Source: Nitrospirales bacterium (GTDB lineage Bacteria > Nitrospirota > Nitrospiria > Nitrospirales > UBA8639). Taken from it: DNA of 64,000 nt. The notes beneath the pieces are model-generated. The model searched no databases, was not told where the DNA came from, and saw only the letters and a program-made list of their open reading frames with translations. Position 1 is the stretch's first letter. Each line of letters begins with the position of its first letter. The position numbers and the translations under genes were made by a program. The stretch lies in the NCBI GenBank assembly GCA_021604105.1, contig BQIW01000005.1, positions 12,621 through 76,620 on the forward strand. The letters run 5' to 3'. Below, one piece after another: positions 19,114-27,868 of this stretch.

Positions 19114-20892
19114 ATGATGGGAGAAGATTTGTGTCGTATTTCCCATTTTCATGTACTCCCATATGACCACATGCCAAGCTCCCTGTCCCTTCAAAACCCG
19201 GTTGAACGTCCTCAAAAAAACCGTGGGCAAGTCTTAGCTCTAGCCCTGCTTGTGGCCACACTGGTCTTCGTCGTGGATCTCTTCCTCCCTATGGGAGTCG
19301 CCGAAGCGGTCCCTTATGTCGCCGTTGTGCTGATTGCCCTCAGGTCTCCGGATAAAAATGATCCATTGCGCCTGGCAGGACTTTGTACGGTGTTAGCGAT
19401 TGTCGGACATTATCTTTCGCCGCTGGGAGCCGAGCCGTGGATAGGGATAACAAATCGGTCGATTGCTTTATTTGCGATTTGGTCAACAGCTCTGTTAGCC
19501 ATGCAGGTGAGAGAATCTGACGAAGCCACTCGCGACCAGAGTTCCATGCTGACCGGCATATTGTCGAATATGCCGGCGGTGGCATTTCGAATCGATCAGG
19601 AAGGGGTCATGCATGATTCCTTTGGTCGCGGCCTGACTCGTTTCGGGCTAAAGGAACTGACCGCCCTTGGCCGAATTCCCCTGGAACCACCTGATCGGAT
19701 AAAAAACCAAATCAAACAAGGCACACTTGCCAATTCAGTGTTTTACGAAAGCAATGGAATCTTGCAGGGAAAGCCCTGGTGGTTTTTAAATTGTCTGTGC
19801 AAATTGGAAGGCGACCAACCGGGCCTCATTGGGTTTGGTATTGATATTACTGATCGTAAGCGTGCGGAGCGACGCCTGGCATTACACGACGCCATCGCAG
19901 ACATCTTGACCACTGCGACTAGCGTTTCAGAGACATATCCCCAAATTCTCAAAGCCATTTGCCACACGCTGGATTGGAGGGTGGGCATCCTCTGGCGGAT
20001 GGACTATCACCGACAGGCCCTGGGAGCCGCCGCCATTTGGCCATCCGACTCTCCTCAAGCGCAAGCGATGTCAACTTCACACGCCGGTTGGGCACTCACG
20101 CCTCCTGCGGGACTGGCTGGGCAGGTGTGGGACATTCGAAACCCTCTTTGGATCAGAGACCTTGCCGACTACCCCAAAGACCCTAGGAGCCAGGCGGCGC
20201 TGGAAGTGGGACTTCACGCCGGTTTCGCCATTCCCATTTGCCTAGCCGGCAATACGAGAGCGGTTCTCGAATTTTTCTCTCCATACCCTGAAGAAGCGGA
20301 TGATATGTTGCTTCAACGGCTTTCGAATATCGGTTTTCAAATCGGCCAGTGCATCGAACGGGAACATAAGGAACGTCGACTGGCCACGCATCACAGTTTA
20401 ACCAATGTGCTCGCCGAATCAGCTGGAATGACGCAGGCGGCTTCCCCTATCCTGGAAACCATTGGTGAAAATTTAGGATGGGATCTCGGAGCTATTTGGA
20501 CACTGGACTCTTCACAACAGGTCTTGCGTTGCCTTAATGTCTGGCACTCCCCTCACTTAAACCTCGATGCCTTTCGTCAGGCCTCCCAAGCGATAACGTT
20601 TTCACGAGGAGTGGGATTACCCGGTCGGGTTTGGAAAAGCGGCAAACCGTCATGGATCACCGATGTAGTGTCCGACCCGAATTTTCCGCGCGCGGCCGCG
20701 GCCGCACAAGAAGGTCTTCATTCCGGATTCGCCTTCCCCATGAAATCGGGGACCGAAATTGTTGGCGTTATCGAATTTTTTCACAGGGATATTCAAAAGC
20801 CCGACAAAGAACTATTGGACATGTTTGCATCCATTGGTCTTCAAATCGGCCAATTCATCCAGCGGACCGCGAAGCAAAGTCTTAATGGATAA
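19114..20892 (+). CDS. membrane-associated PAS-GAF-GAF sensor protein without recognisable output domain
   Basis: N-terminal hydrophobic segments, a PAS-like block ending in GIDITDRKRAE, then two GAF-like repeats (each with ...GLAGQVW / GLPGRVW ... W I.D.). I see no HisKA, GGDEF or HTH motifs. The start is uncertain. Confidence 0.65.
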   Translation: MMGEDLCRISHFHVLPYDHMPSSLSLQNPVERPQKNRGQVLALALLVATLVFVVDLFLPMGVAEAVPYVAVVLIALRSPDKNDPLRLAGLCTVLAIVGHYLSPLGAEPWIGITNRSIALFAIWSTALLAMQVRESDEATRDQSSMLTGILSNMPAVAFRIDQEGVMHDSFGRGLTRFGLKELTALGRIPLEPPDRIKNQIKQGTLANSVFYESNGILQGKPWWFLNCLCKLEGDQPGLIGFGIDITDRKRAERRLALHDAIADILTTATSVSETYPQILKAICHTLDWRVGILWRMDYHRQALGAAAIWPSDSPQAQAMSTSHAGWALTPPAGLAGQVWDIRNPLWIRDLADYPKDPRSQAALEVGLHAGFAIPICLAGNTRAVLEFFSPYPEEADDMLLQRLSNIGFQIGQCIEREHKERRLATHHSLTNVLAESAGMTQAASPILETIGENLGWDLGAIWTLDSSQQVLRCLNVWHSPHLNLDAFRQASQAITFSRGVGLPGRVWKSGKPSWITDVVSDPNFPRAAAAAQEGLHSGFAFPMKSGTEIVGVIEFFHRDIQKPDKELLDMFASIGLQIGQFIQRTAKQSLNG

Positions 20893-21015
20893 TCGATGAT
20901 CCTGTGCATCAAGGTTCCGCCTAAGTTCCCGGTAAACAACGACATGTACGCGACGCATCTTCTCCTAGTAGCATGTGTGACCTTCCATCGGAATCTACTG
21001 CCTTCCTCCTAAAAA

Positions 21016-22725
21016 ATGGCTGCTACATTTCCATTGCTTTCATGGGTTCATGGCCTTCATTTCAATAACATACGGGGAGACCTGTATGGTGGATTAGTGG
21101 CAGCAGTCGTAGCATTGCCGCTAGCCTTGGCCTTTGGAGTGACATCGGGACTCGGGGCCATTGCCGGTCTGTATGGAGCTATTTTTGTAGGATTTTTCGC
21201 TGCCCTGTTCGGTGGAACTCCTGCACAGGCCTCAGGACCGACCGGTCCGATGACTGTGGTGATGGCCGGCATCATCCTGAACTTTGCCGATGAACCGGCA
21301 GTGGCATTTACGGCCGTCATCCTCGGCGGGGTATTTCAAGTCTTATTTGGACTGATGGGGTTTGGTCGTTATATCACTTTGGTCCCCTATCCTGTCATTT
21401 CCGGATTCATGAGCGGCATCGGAGGAATTATTCTTATTCTTCAGGTCGCCCCTTTTCTCGGCTTGGAAGCGAAGTCCAAAGTCGTGGACAACCTCATGGC
21501 AATGCCTGAATACCTCTCATCGTTTTCTTTCTCCGCAATCTTGGTAGGTTCTCTCACATTGGCCATTGTCTATCTCACTCCTCCCTCTATCGGCAAACGT
21601 CTTCCCCCAGTGTTGTTGGCACTCATCGTTGGAACGATCGTCGCTGAGATATTCTTTCCAACTCTTCCGGTTATCGGAGACATTCCGACAGGATTCCCCA
21701 CATTGATTTGGCCAACCATGCATACCGATGCTCTTGTCATGATGATCGAAGAAGCCCTTGTTCTGGCATTATTGGGAACGATTGATAGCCTGCTAACTTC
21801 TCTCGTGTGTGACAACATGACACGGACCCAACATGACTCCAATCGGGAATTGATCGGCCAGGGCATTGGCAATATGGCTGCGGGGTTTTTCGGAGGCCTT
21901 CCCGGAGCCGGGGCCACCATGCGATCCGTAGCAAACATTCGAACCGGAGGCCGCACGCCTCTCTCTGGCATGTTTATGGCGGTCGTCCTTCTCGGCACTC
22001 TGCTTGGATTAGGCCCTTTGGCCGAAAAAATTCCCCTTGCGGTTCTCGCAGGTCTCCTTGTCAAAGTTGGATTCGACATTATTGATTGGCGATTTCTGAA
22101 GCATATGGTACAAGCTCCACGAACCGAGGTTCTGGTGATGATCGTAGTCTTGTTGGTCACTGTTTTAGTCGACCTCATCACCGCGGTGGGAATTGGCGTG
22201 GTACTGGCCAGCGTGATGTTCGTAAAACGAATGTCCGACCTGGAACTTGAAAATCTCAGTCTGATCACGGGTACCTCGCTAGAAACACCGCTGTCAAAAG
22301 AGGAACAACGCATCCTGAGCCGAAACTCCGAACGCATTATCTTGATTCATGTGAATGGGCCGATGAGCTTCGGATCCGCTAAAGACATGGTTCGTCGATT
22401 AGAATCTGTGAAAAATTTTAATATTTTTTCCGCTGTGGTTCTCGATCTCACATCGGTGCCTTCCATCGACGGAACCGCTGCATTAGCCATCGAGGACATG
22501 GTGGCAATGGTGAAAACTCATCAGCAGCAGGTCTTTTTCGTGGGTATGCGTCCGGGGGTCGCTCGAGTTCTCAAAGGACTCGGGGTGCTCAATCAGGTCC
22601 CACCTGAACATCGATACCCTTTTCGATTGGATGCGTTACGCCACGCAGCCCATATTGGCGGATCGACCCATCCGTACGATGTTCCTCCCACAGAAGTGCA
22701 ATCTGAACACCTAGAATCCTCATGA
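21016..22725 (+). CDS. SulP-family anion transporter with C-terminal STAS domain (copy 1)
   Basis: 569 aa with the SulP N-terminal signature (GDLYGGLVAAVVALPLALAFGV.SG...GPTGPM) and a STAS end (VVLDLTSVPSIDGTAALAIEDM). Confidence 0.9.
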   Translation: MAATFPLLSWVHGLHFNNIRGDLYGGLVAAVVALPLALAFGVTSGLGAIAGLYGAIFVGFFAALFGGTPAQASGPTGPMTVVMAGIILNFADEPAVAFTAVILGGVFQVLFGLMGFGRYITLVPYPVISGFMSGIGGIILILQVAPFLGLEAKSKVVDNLMAMPEYLSSFSFSAILVGSLTLAIVYLTPPSIGKRLPPVLLALIVGTIVAEIFFPTLPVIGDIPTGFPTLIWPTMHTDALVMMIEEALVLALLGTIDSLLTSLVCDNMTRTQHDSNRELIGQGIGNMAAGFFGGLPGAGATMRSVANIRTGGRTPLSGMFMAVVLLGTLLGLGPLAEKIPLAVLAGLLVKVGFDIIDWRFLKHMVQAPRTEVLVMIVVLLVTVLVDLITAVGIGVVLASVMFVKRMSDLELENLSLITGTSLETPLSKEEQRILSRNSERIILIHVNGPMSFGSAKDMVRRLESVKNFNIFSAVVLDLTSVPSIDGTAALAIEDMVAMVKTHQQQVFFVGMRPGVARVLKGLGVLNQVPPEHRYPFRLDALRHAAHIGGSTHPYDVPPTEVQSEHLESS

Positions 22726-22925
22726 GGTCTATTTTGTAACAATGGAACTTTCCCTGATTTTGAAGGGGCATTCGTAGGGTAAGCTGAGTAACTCCTCACG
22801 ACTCGCACCACCTGAAAGGTCCCGATTCGAGAAAGATCACCAATCTACGTAATGACCATAGTGGTATTAATTTAATCAGTCAGACTCCATCTGAGACCAC
22901 CGGTCCGAAAGGTCACCCAACTGAA

Positions 22926-24518
22926 ATGAAGACGACCGTTCCACAAGCGCTCATACAGAATTTCCTGAACCACACTCCAACCTGGTACAAGCTGACCATT
23001 CTGGGATTCTTAATCCTCAATCCCATCTTATTGATGAGCATTGGGTCGTTTTACACCGGATGGGTTCTCATCCTGGAATTTATTTTTACGCTGGCACTGG
23101 CTCTCAAAAGTTATCCTCTACAACCCGGTGGCTTGCTCGCACTTGAGGCCGTTTTATTGGGGATGACTACACCCGCGACGGTTTATCATGAAGCACTCAA
23201 TAATTTCCAAGTGATCCTGTTATTGATTTTCATGGTGGCCGGAATCTACTTCATGAAAGATTTGCTCTTGTTTCTGTTTACGAAAATTTTATTGGGCGTC
23301 CGTTCAAAAATGTTGTTGGGACTCTTGTTTTCTATCATGGGTTCCTTTCTATCGGCTTTCCTTGATGCCTTGACCGTCACCGCGGTTATCATTGCCGTCG
23401 CGTTGGGTTTCTATAACATTTACCACCGCGTTGCCTCTGGCAAATCGTCTCAAACCTCTCATGATTCGACAAGCGATCACGAAATCGACGCACTTCACAG
23501 GGAAAATTTAGACAATTTTCGAGGCTTTCTTCGCAATTTATTAATGCACGGAGCCGTTGGGACGGCATTGGGCGGAGTCTGTACTCTCGTGGGGGAACCC
23601 CAAAATTTATTGATTGCGGACAAAGCGGGCTGGGAATTTATGGAGTTCTTCTTGCGCATGTCCCCCATAACCCTTCCAGTCTTGGTCACGGGATTGATCA
23701 CCTGCATGATCGTCGAGAAATTACGTTGGTTTGATTACGGCTTTCAACTCCCGGATTCGGTTCGTCTCATTTTGGTAGATTTCGAAACCGAACAACAGAA
23801 ACGACGGGATTCCGGGGACACCGCAAAGCTTATCATTCAAGCGATTGCAGGTATGTGGCTGATTGTGGCCTTAGCCTTTCACCTCGCGGAGGTCGGAATC
23901 ATCGGACTCTCGGTGATCGTGTTTATTACCGCCTTCAACGGGATTATCGAAGAGCATCAACTTGGAGAGGCGTTTAAGGAAGCGCTTCCCTTCACGGCGC
24001 TCCTTGTTGTCTTTTTCGCCATTGTGGCCGTCATCCAGGACCAGAACCTGTTTTCCGGCATCATCGGGTATGGATTGAGTTTGGAAGGATCGTATCAAAT
24101 CGGCATGTTTTACCTGGCCAATGGAATTCTGTCCGCCATCAGCGACAACGTCTTTGTTGCGACGGTTTACATCCAGGAAGTGCTCCGTGCCTTTCATGCG
24201 GGCACCATTACCCGCGATCAGTTTGACCTTTTAGCGGTTGCCATTAATACCGGCACCAATATCCCAAGTGTGGCCACCCCAAACGGACAAGCCGCATTTT
24301 TGTTTTTATTAACCTCCTCGCTGGCTCCGGTAATCCGCTTATCCTATGGGAAAATGGTGTGGATGGCGCTTCCCTATACCTTGACCATGGCGAATGTCGG
24401 CCTGTTTGCCGTGTATTTTTTCTTAGATCCGGCGACGGCATTTCTATACGACACCGGATTCATCCACCATCATAGCTTGACTGACTCAGGCAATCCCACA
24501 GAACCGCTAGCACATTAA
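22926..24518 (+). CDS. nhaB: NhaB-type Na+/H+ antiporter (copy 1)
   Basis: 530 aa. The N-terminus ([21 protein letters not shown]) and overall length and topology match NhaB. Confidence 0.85.
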   Translation: MKTTVPQALIQNFLNHTPTWYKLTILGFLILNPILLMSIGSFYTGWVLILEFIFTLALALKSYPLQPGGLLALEAVLLGMTTPATVYHEALNNFQVILLLIFMVAGIYFMKDLLLFLFTKILLGVRSKMLLGLLFSIMGSFLSAFLDALTVTAVIIAVALGFYNIYHRVASGKSSQTSHDSTSDHEIDALHRENLDNFRGFLRNLLMHGAVGTALGGVCTLVGEPQNLLIADKAGWEFMEFFLRMSPITLPVLVTGLITCMIVEKLRWFDYGFQLPDSVRLILVDFETEQQKRRDSGDTAKLIIQAIAGMWLIVALAFHLAEVGIIGLSVIVFITAFNGIIEEHQLGEAFKEALPFTALLVVFFAIVAVIQDQNLFSGIIGYGLSLEGSYQIGMFYLANGILSAISDNVFVATVYIQEVLRAFHAGTITRDQFDLLAVAINTGTNIPSVATPNGQAAFLFLLTSSLAPVIRLSYGKMVWMALPYTLTMANVGLFAVYFFLDPATAFLYDTGFIHHHSLTDSGNPTEPLAH

Positions 24519-24669
24519 TGGTTGAAGATATCAGATAGTAACTGAGAGAGAGAAAACAGCACCTCTGCAGGAAAATGGACCCATTGCTGAAAGTAGGAGG
24601 GAAATTGAATAGTAAAGACTCAGAAATTCACCTCTGAAGCCATACCCTTGCCGTAACTTCCGCCTCTGA

Positions 24670-25749
24670 TTACCGGGCCAGTGTCGCAACGGCTTCATTT
24701 TCCTGGATAACTCGCTCAGGATAGAGGACTATTTCTACTCGGCGATTTTGGGCTCTCCCCTCCTCGGTCTCATTAGTTGTGACCGGTCGCTTATCGGCAT
24801 AGCCGGTGGCTGAAAATTGCTTTGGATCCATTCCTGTTTGCTCAATCAGATACCGCAAGACTGTGGTGGCCCGTGCGGTTGAAAGTTCCCAGTTCGTCGG
24901 ATACTGTTTTTGCAGCCGGCCATAAATCCGGTGGCTGTCCGTGTGGCCTTCGACTTGGATATTTTTCCCCGGCAAGGTCGCTAACACCTGGCCCACCTGT
25001 TTCATAATCTCGAGCCCCAGGGGAGTCAAATCCGCCTCACCGGAATCAAACAGGACTTGCCCCAACATGGTCAGGACTAATCGGTCATGGTGTTGAGTCA
25101 CCACCAGACTTTTGCCAAATTTATCTTCAAGCGCCTTGGTAATGCGATCAATCTCTTCACCGACTGTGAGCACTTCATACTTGACCTTTGCCAATTGCGC
25201 TTCCTGAGCTTCCCGAGCTTTTCGGACCAGTTCCAATTCATGTTTTAAACGCTCTACCTCTTTGAGCCTGGCCTCCAATGCCGAAAGCTCGTTTTCCAAG
25301 AGCCCATTCTGTTCACGAAGGTGGGACATCTGGCTGATTTGCCCGTTTAAACCGGATCTGACCTTTGCGAGGGCTGCTGCCAAATCATGAAAATCCACCG
25401 GCTCTCCTCCAAAAAGAGGATCGGTCAGAGAAACGGTTCCTTCCGTGTTACCGAGTTTCCGAATTTGCGTATACAACGCTTCGACTTCTTGTTGAACCGC
25501 GGCTAATTGTTCTTCCTTCATTTGGTCTTGCACTTCTACGGTATGCTCGAGGGCCGTCTTCGATTCTTGAAGCTGCATGACTTCAATTTGCTTCTCTTCA
25601 ACAGCCTGCTGCAAGCGTTCGAGTTCCGCTATCGTGGACTCTTGGCTTTTTTCGTATTCCTGCAAAGCACGTTCATGTGATTGCTGACTCACACACCCGA
25701 CCACAACCGTACACGCCATTGCCACAAGTAAAGTGTTGCCCAGTTTCAT
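24670..25749 (-). CDS. OmpA/MotB-family lipoprotein with long coiled coil
   Basis: ATG at 25749 with an AGGAG SD, lipobox VVGC, a ~200-aa heptad-rich region and a C-terminal OmpA-like domain (GHTDS...N.ELS.ARA...NRRVEI). The track ORF is extended upstream. Confidence 0.8.
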   Translation of the reverse strand: MKLGNTLLVAMACTVVVGCVSQQSHERALQEYEKSQESTIAELERLQQAVEEKQIEVMQLQESKTALEHTVEVQDQMKEEQLAAVQQEVEALYTQIRKLGNTEGTVSLTDPLFGGEPVDFHDLAAALAKVRSGLNGQISQMSHLREQNGLLENELSALEARLKEVERLKHELELVRKAREAQEAQLAKVKYEVLTVGEEIDRITKALEDKFGKSLVVTQHHDRLVLTMLGQVLFDSGEADLTPLGLEIMKQVGQVLATLPGKNIQVEGHTDSHRIYGRLQKQYPTNWELSTARATTVLRYLIEQTGMDPKQFSATGYADKRPVTTNETEEGRAQNRRVEIVLYPERVIQENEAVATLAR

Positions 25750-26225
25750 GGTGCCTGCTCCTTCCCCTTCACCGCCTCTTCTCACCCCAGGTTCTCTACT
25801 ATCAATGACACCTGAGAATTCAAGACTGGTTGGTAACTTTGGGCCTATATGGTTTCGAGCCACTCTTCTGGGTGCCATGTTCATCCTTCCGGAGTGACCG
25901 GAGAATTCGTCTACCACCAAAAAGAGCAGAGAAGATTATTCTCGGCATTCCGGATAGGACACTTGAGGAAACCAACAGGAACAAGGAGAAAGTTGCTCAA
26001 AGAGGTCAGAATGGCCGGTCAATATCTCCCAATGAGATCAAATGACACGGTTTCAATTCACAAGGGATAAATAGGAAAAGATAAAAAGGGGAGGAATATT
26101 GGCACGAAGAGTATTGGCCTATGGAAGAGACTTGATCGTCATCACTCTTTCTCACCAACCCAGAGATCTCTCAGAATGGGGCCTTCAGGAGGTCGACTTT
26201 GTCCCTACTGCTGCAGCCTCGTCGT

Positions 26226-27734
26226 TTACCGAAACACCACCTCGTGAACCATGCCAACCTGATATTGAGCCATATGCTGAACCAAATTTGTGACACTGGA
26301 ATCCATCATTTCCATAAGTGGAGACGGGTACAGGCCGATCACCAAAATCAGAGCAGCAAGTGGGATCACGGTGGTCAACTCCCGTATACTCAGATCAGGA
26401 AGTTGTGCAATGGTCGAATTCTTGGGTTGACCCAACACCACCCGTTGGAGCATCCAGAGCATATACGCCGCCGCGAGGACAATGCCCCCCATGGACAACA
26501 ACACCATCATGTAGCTTTCAAAAGATGTTCCGACAAGAACCAAAAATTCTCCAATAAAATTGCACGTGCCAGGCAGTCCGAAGGATGCCACTGAAAACAG
26601 ACAAAAAAGTGCCACAAACCGAGGCATCGATTTTTGCAATCCTCCGTAATCCTGAATCGACCTGCTATGAGTCCGATCATACAATTGACCCACAGCCAAA
26701 AAGAGGGCTCCTGTGGTTATTCCATGATTCACCATCTGCAAGATGGCTCCTTGAATACCATGGTTATTGAACACGAAAATTCCCAATGTTACGAATCCCA
26801 TATGCGAAATGGACGAATACGCCACCAGCTTTTTCAGGTCCGACTGGGCCAAGGCCATATACCCTCCATACACAATAGCCGCCACGGATAGCCACAAGAT
26901 AAACGGAGCAAAGGTCACGGAGGCTTCAGGAAACATGGGGAGACAAAATCGTAGAAATCCATATCCACCCATTTTCAAGAGCACGCCTGCCAACAGAACG
27001 CTACCGGCAGTGGGAGCTTCGGAATGGGCATCCGGTAGCCATGTGTGAAACGGCAACATGGGTAATTTAATGGCAAAGGCCATGAAAAACGCCAGAAATA
27101 TCCAAAACTGGGCGTCAGGGGAATACGTGTTCTCTGCCAACGCTAAAATATCGAATGTCCGCCCCCCTTCCACGTACAACCCGAGTATCGCCAAGAGTAA
27201 GATTAGGCTACCTGACAAACTGTACAGAACAAATTTGATGCCAGCCGCTATGCGTTGGGGCCCCCCCCACAGAATGATCATAAAATACATAGGAATCATT
27301 GTGACTTCCCACAACATGAAAAACAAAAACAGGTCTAGAGCGGTAAACACCACAATCATGGCCCCTTCCACCAACAAAATCATGGCCATAAATGAGCGTA
27401 CACGAGTGGTAATTGACTTCCAGGAGCATAGGACGCAAAAGGGACAAAGCAGAGTCGTGAGTAAAACCAGAAGAAGACTAATGCCATCCACTCCAACAGC
27501 ATATTGAATATTAAAGGTCGGCATCCATGCCATCCGCTCGACGAATTGCATGCCTTGAGTGGAGAAATCAAATTCTCTCAAAAGCACGAGTGCAAGAACC
27601 CCATCCCCCAGCGTACACCCTAGAGTCACGCGCCGAATCCATTCCTGATTCTGTATACAAGCGATAATCCCAATGCCTAAAAACGGCATCGCAATCATGA
27701 TACTCAAAAGATGTTCAGTGAAGATTGTGTTCAT
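26226..27734 (-). CDS. NuoM/MrpD-like proton-pumping antiporter-type subunit (PF00361-like)
   Basis: 502 aa with ~14 TM and conserved WLPDAH.EAPT..SV.LA motifs. Confidence 0.85.
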   Translation of the reverse strand: MNTIFTEHLLSIMIAMPFLGIGIIACIQNQEWIRRVTLGCTLGDGVLALVLLREFDFSTQGMQFVERMAWMPTFNIQYAVGVDGISLLLVLLTTLLCPFCVLCSWKSITTRVRSFMAMILLVEGAMIVVFTALDLFLFFMLWEVTMIPMYFMIILWGGPQRIAAGIKFVLYSLSGSLILLLAILGLYVEGGRTFDILALAENTYSPDAQFWIFLAFFMAFAIKLPMLPFHTWLPDAHSEAPTAGSVLLAGVLLKMGGYGFLRFCLPMFPEASVTFAPFILWLSVAAIVYGGYMALAQSDLKKLVAYSSISHMGFVTLGIFVFNNHGIQGAILQMVNHGITTGALFLAVGQLYDRTHSRSIQDYGGLQKSMPRFVALFCLFSVASFGLPGTCNFIGEFLVLVGTSFESYMMVLLSMGGIVLAAAYMLWMLQRVVLGQPKNSTIAQLPDLSIRELTTVIPLAALILVIGLYPSPLMEMMDSSVTNLVQHMAQYQVGMVHEVVFR

Positions 27735-27868
27735 AGTCTCCCCTTCATGACATGCCGATCACGGCACATCCAGGACATGAAAGACGCCCTCTCGTTTTTC
27801 ACGCACCCCGAGCTGAAATTTCAGTGTCGTGTTCGTTCCCTTTAATCACTGACAAACTATCTGCAGAG

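Noticed and set aside
21570-22337. 255-aa minus-strand ORF inside sulP1. Similar long antisense or off-frame ORFs include 7999-8583, 12987-13496, 28073-28744, 29112-29588, 37969-38355, 44187-44630 and 54645-55115.
   Set aside because: Each lies wholly within a gene with strong family signatures on the other strand or frame. Their compositions are Arg/Ser/Pro-rich, as expected for shadow ORFs, and none has an SD or recognisable motif.
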